NCBI GenBank assembly: GCA_013239625.1
Contig: MU054187.1
Location: 21,207,280 to 21,271,279, forward strand
Direction: 5' to 3'
Length of the DNA stretch: 64,000 nucleotides
Origin: Lama guanicoe
Lineage: Eukaryota
A program made the position numbers and the translations under genes. Positions 1 through 12,229 of this stretch are shown here, piece by piece. The notes under the pieces are model-generated. The model searched no databases, was not told where the DNA came from, and worked only from the letters and a program-made list of their open reading frames with translations. How positions within the stretch are numbered: position 1 is the first letter of the stretch; every line of letters begins with the position of its first letter.

Positions 1-714
1 TCCTTCCTTTTACCCTGGACCTTGGCCAAGTGCTGATTCATCTGAGAAAGTCAATCAGTCAAGCTAAAATGAACCACAGCAAGGGGTGGCTGCAACCAGA
101 TGTTTAACACTCTGTCATTCATCCATTCCTAGTTAAGGCTAAACACATTTATTGAAAGACTACAATGTAGTAATTAGATCCCTTTTGTGTTAAGAAATTT
201 GGTACCAGATGAAGACCTTTTGTGGAAAGCTCAGGACAGAGAACTGATGGTTCAGGGAGATCTGTGAAAATAAGATGGACATGGGTATCTAGGCGTGGAC
301 AGCCAGAGCTACAGATGTATGTAGTTTTTTGTTCACTCAAGAAAATCTGTTGTTTGCCTTCTATGTGTTGAATACCGTTTTAAGATTCTACTGAGAAAGA
401 CAGACACAGAGGAAGTGAATACATTAAAATATGTATTATATTGTGGGTGTCGGTAATAGAACATACACACTTTTGTGTAACAGCAACAGGAGCCCTCATT
501 CTGCCTAGTAGCTCTCACACTGGCTTAACATATAAATGAGTTTATATATAAGTCCGAGTCAATGCATTTTTTTGTTGTAGTTATTAAAATAGATAAATTA
601 CTAGGAAGGGGCTCCTTGGATGGAAAGAGGGACCTTCCACTTTCAGCAACCACCCTCCAGCCCAACCACCCTATCTTATATACAGACCTAGTTTCTTATC
701 CTAAGCGTTATGGC

Positions 715-715
<1 letters not shown>

Positions 716-749
<34 letters not shown>

Positions 750-773
750 TGAGTGTGTGTGAGAGAGAGAGAG
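716..773. repeat. Compound (GT)n/(GA)n microsatellite
   Basis: Directly visible GT run followed by GAGT and GA repeats. Confidence 0.97.
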
Positions 774-2399
774 GGAGCGCTGAGAGGTTTTCTGCTTTAG
801 TTGTCAGCATGTTTGAATTGATGAACAATTCATGGACAATTTCCATTTGATGACTTGTTAAAAATAATGTTAATTGTAAAAATGCAGCTTTTTCTTTTTT
901 GCCTCAGTTCAGTTTCTGGCCGTCTACAGAGTGCACAGTTTAGAGAGAGAGAAAGAGATGAACAAATCCTTACACAGGATTATTCACACTCTAGAATTTG
1001 TGCTCTCTTAAAGCACTGGTAGGGGCTGTTTTTCTTTGCTGCACGAGGAAAATAACTTCAGAGCATCACCTCTGTGACTCTGAATTGGGGAATCATTAAT
1101 CCTAGTTTGGTTAAAAAAAAAAAAGCCCAAAATGAACATAAGGTGAACAACTGCTATGCCTTTCCTGAATCTTGGGGCTTTGTAATTTTAGTCAATGCTT
1201 GGGAACCCACCTCTCAGAGTCCGAATCCTCTCTAATCCATCAGTGAGCAGTGAAGATGGTTGGTTGACTTGTGGTCCAAACAGGGACTAAGATCTCACTA
1301 CTGATGAAAATCTTAGGATATATGAGCTTCATGCGTCTCTACTCATTCTCCATGTTTAAAACTCTTAGCACCATGCTTGGGTGCTGGGGTCATGAAAGTT
1401 CCTTTCTCTTTCTGTTTTGCATTCTTCCAGAGGAAATTCAGCATCTGAAGTGGTATAATGAGCTACGTTTATCCTCAGATGTAATGATAATGTGCAAGTA
1501 TCCAGCAAACATGGGTTCCAGCCCCATTCAGATCATGGAACCAGAATATTAAGCTCATAGCACAGGATTTGTGAACTATCTGATTTTCTTCCTGGTCTCA
1601 CTGTCTCTGTGCTGATTGTAGAGTGATCTCCTCTTAGGAGATTGAAAAATAAGTCCTTAACAGAAATTTGCCTCTCCTAACATATGTCTATTATTTATAT
1701 TGATCTTTCTTTGTGTCTTTCTTAATTGCTATTTTAATTCAGGACAGAGCAGGACTGCACGAGGTGTATCCGCATCTCAGATGCAGAAGTCGTCCGTGGG
1801 CTCTGGAAGCACTGAGCACCTTCAGCAGCAGGGAGAGAAGGGATGTTATGTTTCTTGATGGATTCGAGAAAGAAGAAAGCTTATGATCCTGTCTGAGTGC
1901 TGCTTGCAGAGCTCTTTCCCATTACTCAAAACCCTTTCCTTTATAGCTATATTCTCTTTTTCACCATAAATGTCCCCACACGTTCTTTGGCTAAACCCAG
2001 TGGCTGAGGAAGGGACTTGCTGCTTTAAGTGTGCGGTGCCTTTGTGCCGTGCTTCCCAGCCCTGGCTCCCCGAGAGACAAGCACAACTCAGAATGTTAGT
2101 CTTTTGAAGCTAAGGTTCAGAACCAGTGCATTTTTCATATAATGAGTGTTTAATAAATCTCAGCCGAATAAAACAAGGGATTTGATTAGATTCGATTTTT
2201 TTTCTTAAAAATAACTCTCTCCCCTAATTGATTTGCATTCGTAATTTTAGCCTTCCATCCAGTCTTGCAAATTTGCTCCTAATATGAGGACGTGGTAAGG
2301 GGAAGTGATGTATGGTGGTGTTTCGATAGATACAGTTGCTCAAGGAACTGCCTTGATAGTGCTTTTGCCACATTCTAGTGCAAATATACCGATCTCCCT

Positions 2400-2520
2400 A
2401 GGGTAGACTGTGTGATCCTTAATGCAGGGGCCACAGCTTCCTCATTTTCATGTCCCAGGACACAGGCTCAGGTCCGAACCTGTAGAAGGTGATCAGTAAA
2501 AAATGAATGAATGGATGAGT
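2400..2520 (+). mobile_element. LINE-2 3' end fragment
   Basis: tagactgtgtgatcctt...gcagggg...aaaatgaatgaatggatga resembles the L2 3' terminus with a (TGAA)n tail. Confidence 0.65.
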
Positions 2521-5366
2521 TATAGCCCTGTGTAGACTTTTATTTAAAATAGAGATCAAGAGTTGTAGACGTATTTTAATTTAAGCATATAGTAAACCCT
2601 TAGCTATTAGTCCAAAAAAAGAATACTATTTGAAGTGATACAGCCTAAGTGCCTGGATCAGAATTCAGTCAGACTGATAAAGAAAATATATAATTTGTTT
2701 CTGATGCCATTTACGTATACATTAAGGAATGATTACTAAGAAGATGGCTGCTTTTAAAGGGCCTGGGAGAACTGGGAAACTTTTGACAGGGGAAATCAGA
2801 AATGTGCAGTCCAGTGAAGAATTAAACTACTGGGAGTAATAATATGGGCTGATGCACTCAATGTAGCAGTAATGCCCTCTGAGAAGGATGGAAAATAATT
2901 CAGTTCCTCCAGCCTGCATGGAAGCTAAATACAGAATGACAAGAAATAGTAGCAGTACTCATTATGTCTGATTGCTAATTACCCCTTTGAATGATTCAGT
3001 TATGCCTGCTACTAGATAATTAGTTTAGTAATTTATGGCTGCGGCGCAAACTAGTATTTTAATTTTCGAAGCACAATTTTCACAATACCTACAGTTCAGA
3101 TAATATCTTTCTTTTTTATTCAATTTTAAATTGCTTTTTTGAAGGCCTATGAAAGAGCAAAGCTCCTTGCATTTTTTTCCCCCACATGTATCTCATGCAA
3201 AAGTTAGGCACTTTATGAAATTTTATTTAACTTTGAACTGCAGGAAAGTAACATCTTATTAAGTCCTGTTTCACTGGCTTCATTTTTCCAACTTTTTGGG
3301 GAAAAGGGGTGAAATGTAAAAAAAAAAATTCTATCAATTTAATTTAACAGCTGCCAAATTTCATGTTCCAGAAAGACACTGAACTGGTGATAATCCACCT
3401 TCCCTTTTTATAAATTTTGATCCAGGCATGAGTTCTGCTTGTGCCTGGATATCTTTTCTCAACACCTGGGAGTAGCCAGGTGGAGGACACCTGTATCCCA
3501 CTACCATCCGCGTTTGGTGAGGTACAAAAACAGGTAAAGAACTAGATTGTGGGAAGGTCTTAATATCATCTCCTCTTCCTACTTGAGTAAATGTGATTAA
3601 TTCTAGCCAAAGAAAGTAGAATTCGGTCACTATGGGTAAATGTTGGCCTTGGGTCAGTTCCCTCTTGAATCCGTTTGAAATCCTCCAATTCTGCAGCTAC
3701 CTTGATGAGTTTTGTAGTGAGATAATGGTCATTCTGTTAATTAATTTATTTGTTTACTTTTTAACTGATGTACAGTCAGCTACAATGTGTCCATTTCTGG
3801 TGTTCATCATTGTCTTAAAATGTTTCATCATTGTTCAGAAACACTTATTTTTTACTTCAAAATTCCCATCAACCTTTAGGTTATTTCCCCAATTCAGACA
3901 GTGCTGAGAAACTGAATCTGAGAGAAAGAGAGAGTGAAAAGTTGATACAATAGTATTGCTAAAAAATTCTGATGACTGTAATATAATTTCAGGTGTTCCG
4001 CCCAGAGGCAACATTGATCAATTACATTCACATGACAATTTCAATTTAATTACATATGTATTTTCTTTCTTTGTGTGCATAGTGGACACACCTGCCAAAT
4101 TGTTGTGCAATATTATGAATTAGGATTTGACTTAAAAATCTGCCTTACTTAGATTTTGGATTAGGAGGGCTTGAATTCTGAGTAGCTGATAGACAAGTCA
4201 TGGCTCCACATCAGTGTTACTAAGACTAGGTAATTCTCACAATGAGGGAGCAACACAATGCTTAGAATAACAGATTTGAAAAATCTCATTAAGTGTTTGC
4301 TTCTGCCATCCCTAATATATTAAAATGAGTACTTTCAATACAAGTTGACAATACCACAGACACATTTGCCTTGTGGCTAAGAGTCTTTAGCCAGCATCTC
4401 AGAATTATGACTATTTGGCGTTACTTGCTGTTCCCCTCTGCTTTCCATTTGGGACTTTTTTTTTTTTTTTTTACTGTAATACAGTTCAGAATGCCCATAC
4501 TTGCTGTATTGTTCTTGTACCCGGTATTTACTGGGAGGGATCAATGTTCTAAAGGGCAGCCCTGACAGTGTTATTTCTGTGAACATCAGCCTGATGTTTA
4601 TTACAGACTGAATCTATGCCCTTTATTGCCAACAGTCTTACTTGAAATATGTGTTCCTTGACCCATTTAATAAATGGTTCCCCACAGACAGGGCAGTACA
4701 ACTCTTCCTTTTTCCTTTATATGCTTTTTTTTTTTAATGTTTCTTACCCATAAGGCAGTCTGTCTAACCATCAAAGCATCAGACTGACCTTTCCAACTTT
4801 GTTCAGGGTGACAGTTGTCTGGTTGTTGATGTTTCCTTTTTTCCTAAGTCACTAACGAGACAGGTAACAGAGCGGTGCGCTGCCAAAGGCTGAGGCGGAT
4901 CAGCTGTCTTCAGATTTGTAGTTCATTCCTCATATTTCAATACTAATTATTTACAACCTAAAATATAATGCAGCTGTTACAAAGTGGATCAATGTATCAG
5001 AATTAAGTTAGACACAAAATTTACATGTGGGTAGATTTTTGCCAATATTATAAAGCCCAGTGATATATTGTCTTTTCCTCTGTATTATGAGATTACTTTG
5101 GTTCTCCTCCTACTAGTAAAAAATAAAGAAAACAGTGCTTATCAGTACTGATTTGGTATGTTGTTAAAAGCATTAATTGTTGATGGAACTCTTTAGAAGG
5201 GAAATCTTTAGAAGGGAAAATCTTGTGTTTCCATTATAAGTCTCAGCCAGCTATTTTTTTCTCAAGAGTTAAACAGATGTTGTCTGGCTTTCAGAATTGC
5301 ATTGTTCACAGAACATTATTGTGTTTGGTGTTGAACTTTTCATGTATTTTCCCACATTTCTTTCTT

Positions 5367-5507
5367 CTTTTTCCTTTTTTTAAAAAAATTTTTTGGTGGG
5401 GGAAGATAATTCGGTTTACTTTTTCTTGGAGGGGGTGCTGGGGATTGAACCCAGGGCTTCATGCATGCTAAGCATGCGCTCTACCTCCTTGAGCTGTAAC
5501 CCCCTCC
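5367..5507 (-). mobile_element. tRNA-Ala-derived SINE (camelid vic-1-like)
   Basis: Minus strand reads ggaggggg ttacagctcaa..ggtagagcgcatgcttagcatgcatgaagccctgggttcaatcccagcacc (A/B boxes, Ala-AGC-like arm), then aaaccgaattatcttccccc and an A-rich tail. 9-bp TSD ttctttctt at 5358-5366 and 5508-5516. Confidence 0.9.
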
Positions 5508-6109
5508 TTCTTTCTTGACCTTTATTTTTCTAAATATAAAATGTAATTGACCATGAAATAAAAATATCTAAAAGAACGGAAAAATGCTCTTTGCATTTCT
5601 GTATATATGTATGATCTATAATTAAGATATTTTTGTACTTTTTCCTCAGAGGAAAAGTTAGCTCATTTCCTGATTTTATCAGTTTGATTTACAGCGGCCA
5701 CCTTTATCTCATTTGGGTACACTGCTTAAAATAGATGCAGTACAGTATTTCTTACTGTGTCTCATCAGAGCTTTTAAAGAATTAATTAGATTGTCATAGA
5801 ATCTGACAGTTCTAAGTGCTAAGAATTTAACTCATAGTTCCTTGATATATCATTTTGTATTACCTTATATTCCTTTATATGAGTAAGATTTTTACTCTCA
5901 CACCCTCACCTACATGTGGCTGTGTGTACATATACGTGTAATATACAATTGGAGTTCTTGGCTATTTAAAATTTCAACATCCAGAGGTGCTTAACAATCT
6001 CCAAGAGACTTCAGTATAGCTACTTCAGACGTGATATCTCAGCACACAGAGGGATGAGGGAGGCGTGAGAGTGCACGTAATGACTCGTGAGGAAGCAACA
6101 TTTTATCGT

Positions 6110-6340
6110 ACAATTTATTTATTTGTCCTGTTAAGCTTGTTGGGCTGCATGCCAAGAATGCATTTTAGGGCTAAGGGATATAAACAGGGGCAAGCCAGAT
6201 TCCATGCCCACAAAGAGTTTAAAATCCAACAAGAGAGATAAATGAACACGCATAATTTACAAACAGTCAAAACATGAGACCGCAATCAGAGAAGCAGACC
6301 CAAAAGGCTAAGGCGATCCAGAGGAAGGAAAGGACAATGA
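6110..6340 (-). mobile_element. LINE-2 fragment
   Basis: atttatttattt...ttagggctaagggatata...tgcccacaaagagtttaaaatc resembles a decayed L2 3' region in reverse orientation. Confidence 0.5.
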
Positions 6341-7199
6341 CTGTCGTCTCGAACAACTGTCTCAGGCTGATGCTGATACTGTCCTCATTCAGGGTCACGG
6401 TACCAATGACATGAGCATCTCTTATTCAGAAACGAATTAAGTAAGCGTGATTGTTTCATTAACATTATCTCAGACAAGTTCCGTGGGTCTCAAACCGATT
6501 TTTGAATACTTTGGGAGCACATAGGTAGAAGCAAAGAGAACGTTTTACAGCCTTAAGTGGAAATGAAACTTTGACTGCCTTTCTCTTTGCAAAATATTGT
6601 GCCCTTTTATGTATGTATATAGGTAGGTATGTATGTTTGTATTTCCGCCAAACGCAAGGGTAGGCTCCGTCTCAAGCAGAAAAGACTGGCAGAAGTTATA
6701 ATTCACACATAGGATTAGATATAAGAAAGAGCTTCGTGCCCTTTCAGAAGTAGTCAGTGTCAGAAGTAGCACAACTCTGGCCTCGAGGCAGACGGGATGG
6801 GAAGACTGGATGGCTTCTACAAAGACCAAAATGAGCATACGCTGTAATGTGAGGGTCCTGCGGGTGGGTACCAACGAGAAGGAGATGGAGCCTCTTTCAG
6901 GTAAGGCAGACAGGGTGGACAGACTACCTATGCAGACCAGAGTCATTCCAGAGATGCACGGGCAGGGCACTGGTAGCCAGCAGCATGGAGACGCGCACTC
7001 AGACATCTAGACGTTCTGTGTTTGGGGAGGGGAAGGCAGACCTTTTGAAAATCTGATGTGAGCTTTTGAACGCTTTGCAGAAGACTGCACACAGACATAC
7101 AGATTGCTGTTATGTAACTTTATGGGCTTCACAGGCTACCTGAAACCTTTGCCAGGTTAAGGACCAATGGTTTGCATGGAGGCAGAGACAGTGGAAGGA

Positions 7200-7275
7200 G
7201 GGTGTTCTCCTTCGGTTGATAAAGAGCCTCACAGCTGACATCAGCTTGGCAGCTGTTCAAGATGGCGCCCTCGTT
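7200..7275. promoter_or_regulatory. Motif cluster: GATA, two CAGCTG E-boxes, near-consensus YY1 site
   Basis: TGATAA 7217-7222; CAGCTG 7232-7237 and 7250-7255; CAAGATGGCGCC 7258-7269 (YY1 consensus CAAGATGGCGGC). Function is inferred only. Confidence 0.35.
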
Positions 7276-7399
7276 CCAGATGGACGATGGAGTTAAAACC
7301 ATGAGCTGGGCACCTGGTGCTGGAGGTCATTCTGCTGATCTGGCCATGTGCACTGCTTGCATCTCTGGTGGCACTTCTTTGTGCTCTTTCTCACTTGGG

Positions 7400-7625
7400 C
7401 GAGTCTTTCTCATCTAGTTTAAGAACTAATTCATGCCGTTAATCCTTCAGGAAGCTCTCCCTTAACATTCAGTGTTCAGTACCTTTTTTATCCCATAATT
7501 CTCTCTCATAACAGTCACAGCTTTTTGGGAGATCGGACTGTGTCTTATTCATTTTGGAATCCCATTTCCTAGCACAGTGCCAGGCACATGGGAGGAACTC
7601 AGGAAACCTTCATTTTATGAATGAG
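7400..7625 (+). mobile_element. LINE-2 3' end
   Basis: ggactgtgtcttattcatttt...cctagcacagtgccaggcacatgggagg...atgaatga is the typical L2 terminus. Confidence 0.8.
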
Positions 7626-8639
7626 TAAAAGCCAGGTGCAGATTCATATGATCTGCAACAAGTTATTTTTCTATGGATTGAATTGGGATAACTATACATT
7701 GTATAATGTAAAATGCACGGCCATGCAAAGGGAAACAAAAATGAAGCAGGCACTCCACAGAATTTGGGAACATTGACTGGGGAACAATCCTAAAGTGGAG
7801 GCTTATTGTGTGAGCAAATCTTTGGCTGTTAACTGGGCTCCTTGATTGTTTAGTTAATGTCACTGCAAAACAGACCAACTTCCTTCGTGTTAACCCTTTC
7901 TTTTTAATTCTTCAAGGCTTCAGGACTGGATAAGGCATACCTTGAGTCTGGTATAAAAGATAAGGTGTTCACTGTGGAATATGAAACCAGAAAAGTGGGA
8001 TTATCTTCTTCCAGCAGGAAATAAAAGAGAGTTTATTATGAGAAAAGAAGAAGTCTGTAATTAAAGTAAAGAAAAATAAGTTCAAATAGAATAAATCTGT
8101 GATTTAGCCAAAAGTACTGATCTTTGCTCAAATAGGTACCCTGAATTACTCAGATCTTTTTATTTGTAGAAAAAATATAGTATTTTGTAGGATTCTGGAC
8201 CTTTTTCTTTGTATGAAAGAATTATGTCATTCAGGACTTTAATATCAAAAAACAGATTTAACCTAAACCTGATAGAACACAAAATCAATCATAAAAACCC
8301 AAGATAATCAAATATCCAAAACTTCCTTATATGTACTTATTTTCTTAAATATTAGTAAACCAGTTCAGTTATTCAATCTCTTGCTTTTAGGAACTCTGAG
8401 TTAAGGCGACTGAAATTATCCTAATGTCAGTTTCCATGTAAATTTCACACCTCTTTTATCATTGTACTTGCCGTCCTAGAAATATGTTCGTTCTCAGAAC
8501 AATTTACATGAGACCTTACTCCTGGTCATTTTATCTAGTCTGATTGCCTGAGATCTTTCTAGTGGCGTCTCGGGTCCAACCTGTCTTCATCCGTGCTGTT
8601 TTCTCCGCTGAGAAACCTAACCTCAACCTCAGTTTTAAC

Positions 8640-8890
8640 TGGTAACTCTCTATCCCTTCTTATCCTTTAGAACTCAACTCAAGCATACCCCGTCTCCTTT
8701 GTCAGTCTATTTCAGCTGTCTTTCCTCTCTGTTCTTTTGGTAAAATGTACATGACTCTAAAATACACTTGTGTCTGCCCTACTTTGGCTCCTTGAGGCAG
8801 AGACTCTGAGAGAGGTTACTCATTATTGCCCAGCACAGACGTTGGATGCTTTCAAGTTCTCAAAAGCTTTTCAGTACATTAATGGATGCC
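8640..8890 (+). mobile_element. LINE-2 3' fragment
   Basis: ctcaactcaagcat...gctccttgaggcagagact...cccagcacag resembles the L2 3' end. Confidence 0.5.
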
Positions 8891-8914
8891 CTTTCAAGCT
8901 CCAGTCTTATGGCT

Positions 8915-9060
8915 AGTCTAAGCACTTTGCATTTATTAACTCATTTACTACAACATCCATCTGAACGTGGTATCCTGTTTTACCAAAGAGGAAGGCAGAG
9001 GATACTAAGGTTTTGAGAGACTGTTACTTCCTTGAGGTCAGATGAGCAGGTGGTACAGGA
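8915..9060 (-). mobile_element. MIR SINE fragment
   Basis: ctaagcactttgcatttattaactcattta...ttttaccaaagaggaa...gaggtcagatgagcagg matches the MIR core in reverse. Confidence 0.6.
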
Positions 9061-9257
9061 CTTACTATGATATAATAATCACAATACCAGCCCTCATCAT
9101 CTGCTGCCGAGCACACTCTCTTCCTGATGACGCTTCGTTCCCTGACCTGATGCATCTTTGAAGGTACTAGATGATTGACCTTGTTCCAAAGAGAACGATG
9201 AGTGATTTATTTATTGCTCGTCATGCATTTTCAAAGTACTCATTAACCTCTGTCTAG

Positions 9258-9362
9258 TCATTAATTCAATAAATATTTATTGCATCCCTACTGTGAACCA
9301 GGCACTCGGAATATACAAATGGATAAATACACACTGACTGCAGGTGACCGAGACTGGTAAGG
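9258..9362 (-). mobile_element. LINE-2 3' end
   Basis: cattaattcaataaatatttattgcatccctactgtgaaccaggcact is the reverse L2 terminus. Confidence 0.7.
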
Positions 9363-11089
9363 GCAAAATGTATTATTAATATTCTGTATTTTGTTAACAT
9401 TGTGTCATAGGAACTTTCTGTCAACATTACTTCATTTTAGTATAAGTACAATGACATTAGTCAGAATTTAAAAAAAAAAAATTTGTTCTTGATCATGTAG
9501 ACCTTTAACTCTGACAGATATTAAAGTACATTTTGTTGTGGATTATCACAGATGCTCAATTTTAGGAGTTGCCTTTGCACCCATAAATTTCTCTGCAATA
9601 CATAGAATTTATAAAACTATCAGAAAATGAAAAGACTAATCTGAAATTAAGAATCTCTATTTTATTTTTGTATGGACAATGAAAGTGCTTATCGAAAAAC
9701 AATTTATTCCCTATTCATAGCAAAGCACAACTCTAACACTTCCAGAATCTTAGTTTCCTTTCCAATTGTCATTCTGAAGAATAAATGGAATATAGGGTTT
9801 GGAAGTTGTATTTGCTTTGCGTTAATAAAAGCAGTGAAAGCTGTTTTCCCTCCATCCTTCAATTATGTGGCAGTGACTCATTGAGCAGATAAGGGATATT
9901 ACAAGATGTCATTTTCACAAGCACTTTTCTAAACCTAGCAATGGGTAATAATCAAAATTTGAGTATACTTTAAACTTTTAAATGCTCTTTGGTGGCAGGA
10001 GTGGCTTTCCTTTTTGTTTCTATTGATAGCATTTTCCTTTCCTGATTTAACACTAATCTGGGAGGCCATTTCACTCCACCAAATGTCTCGAGGCACTGTA
10101 ACTATATATACACGTTGTTTCGTGTTATTACAGGAAAGGGGGGTATTACTTGAAAGGGAGAAACGTTTCCATATTTAGCAACATTTTTTCCAAAGCAATG
10201 GAGTCATTTTATAATTGTACTCTTGTATGACATCATTAGAGATTTATAAAACTTTGTGGCTTGTGTCTTTTTAATGCATTCTCTTAGATTTTTTGCCCTG
10301 TCTATTTCATTACCCCAGTTATGGGAATCATTCAGCTATTACTTATTCCTAATGTCTTTGTATCTTAACATCAATCCCACACTTTTATTTGATTTATTGA
10401 TAACAAACACAGTTTTATGCTAAAGTGCAATTATAATTCTTCAATCATTTATTAATTATGAAATCTTTTTAAGAAAAAAAAATTTTTAACTAAATCCTGT
10501 AAAAGACAGCCTTGACTAGATCAGGCTACTCTTTTCAAGAGTTGATGGAAATACATATTAATGATGACCAAGTGGTTATATTTTGAAATTATAGGTGATA
10601 ACTAGCCAGGCAAGATTTAATGCTTTGTTCAAACTTTTACTTTTGTGACTTGATTAATGGGGTGCATTTGTACTGTTCCTCAGAAATCACTTGACTTTTA
10701 AGCTTCTGAGATCTTTGTCTATTTATGGGTCTCACTTTCCTGGTAAGATGAGTAATATTAAATTAGGCAAGGTTTGTATCACAGTGCCTGGATTTAGGAA
10801 ACAATTAACAGTAGTTAAAAGTGATTCTAGTTTAATCTGTGCTTTTTAAAATGCATACATCATGGATCATGGGTTAATTACAGTGCTAATGTTTACCTAA
10901 ATTTTCTCTCTTTTTAAGCTTGCCTAATTGTTTGCATATGATTTTCACCTTGCCACTCATCTTGAACTAATGAACTTGTTACTTACCCTTTTGAACTGAA
11001 TTTTAAGTCAGAAGACGTTAGATTGTTTTTCCTTGGTATTTCTACAACTCTTTTTGCTTTCTTATGTTATTACCACTTGTTAGGTAACT

Positions 11090-11205
11090 GTCTTCTGAAT
11101 TACGAGGTGACATCTGCAAGATATCAACCTCTATCTTACTTATGATTTTAGCCCCAGTGCCAAGGATAGTGTCTGGCATAAAGTAGATCGTCAATAAGTA
11201 TTTTT
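11090..11205 (+). mobile_element. LINE-2 3' end
   Basis: ccccagtgccaaggatagtgtctggcataaagtagatcgtcaataagtattt. Confidence 0.7.
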
Positions 11206-12229
11206 TTAAACTACTAACTAGTATCTAGTATAAAAAAACTGTAGACGTTTGCTCGGAAATTAATTTTTACAGCCAGATAAATCAACGTCTTGTTTTCCCT
11301 CAACTGAATCCTTCGTTTGTCAGGAAATAACATTGGGATTGTTTGAAATAAACAACTTCGACTGTACTGTTCTCTAATAGTTCCTTGCATGATGACAGTT
11401 TGATGTTTTTGTGATTTAAATAATATTACAACTGTCAAAGATCTAGTAATTTCCATATAGTAAAACCATGAGGTCACAAAAGTACAATTCTACATTACCA
11501 ACCATGGCCCCAAATTAAATCTTTCTACCACTCATTTTAAAGACATTGTTAAGGTTCTAGACCATATCTAAAATTGTTCTTACATTTAATGTTGATTTTA
11601 TGAAGTCTTGACCCTTGAAACAGAAATTAATTACTCTTTCAAATTTTGATTCACATGGAACTATTACATGCTTGCTCCTAGAATGGAGCTGCTGTATTTT
11701 CTTCTTTTCTTTCTTCTTAATTAAAACCATAAATTGAGGCATTTGTTTTGAGAAAAAAAAATTCAAACTTATAAAATATATTTCACAAATGTGTAAAAAG
11801 AAAAGGTAGGTCAAAGTTGGAGCCTCTTGGTCTTTATAATGCTACCTTAAGTTTATAACTGACAGGAAGAATGATGTTTCACATAAAGAGAATTTTGGTT
11901 AACCTGAGTAAAATAAAAATAAGATTTTATTTTACTTATTATGGTCTTAAAGTATAAAACCATAAAATATTAGTGTTGATAAATGGATATTTATAAAGCT
12001 GTCATATTATAAGCAGATGATTTTTAGCAGATCACCCTCCACCCCAAATGAAGTACATTTTTTTTTTCTTAAAATGAAGTGAGAAAACATGAGAATGAAG
12101 AATTCTTGGGAACAAAATCACTATGATCAATTAATTTGATTATATTTTCAAATGAAAGGATTTGGTATTAGAAATTCTTGAGATGTGAATGTGAGATGTA
12201 AACCAAAGTTAAACAATAAATTCAAGCCA

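Noticed and set aside
5425..5507. tRNA-Ala gene
   Set aside because: It has a SINE tail, A-rich end and TSD, and a disrupted D-arm and acceptor stem. It is a SINE, not a tRNA gene; the same applies at 43216.
6545..7006. 153-aa minus-strand ORF as a protein-coding gene
   Set aside because: No recognisable domain or promoter context; the length is attainable by chance in a locally GC-richer patch.
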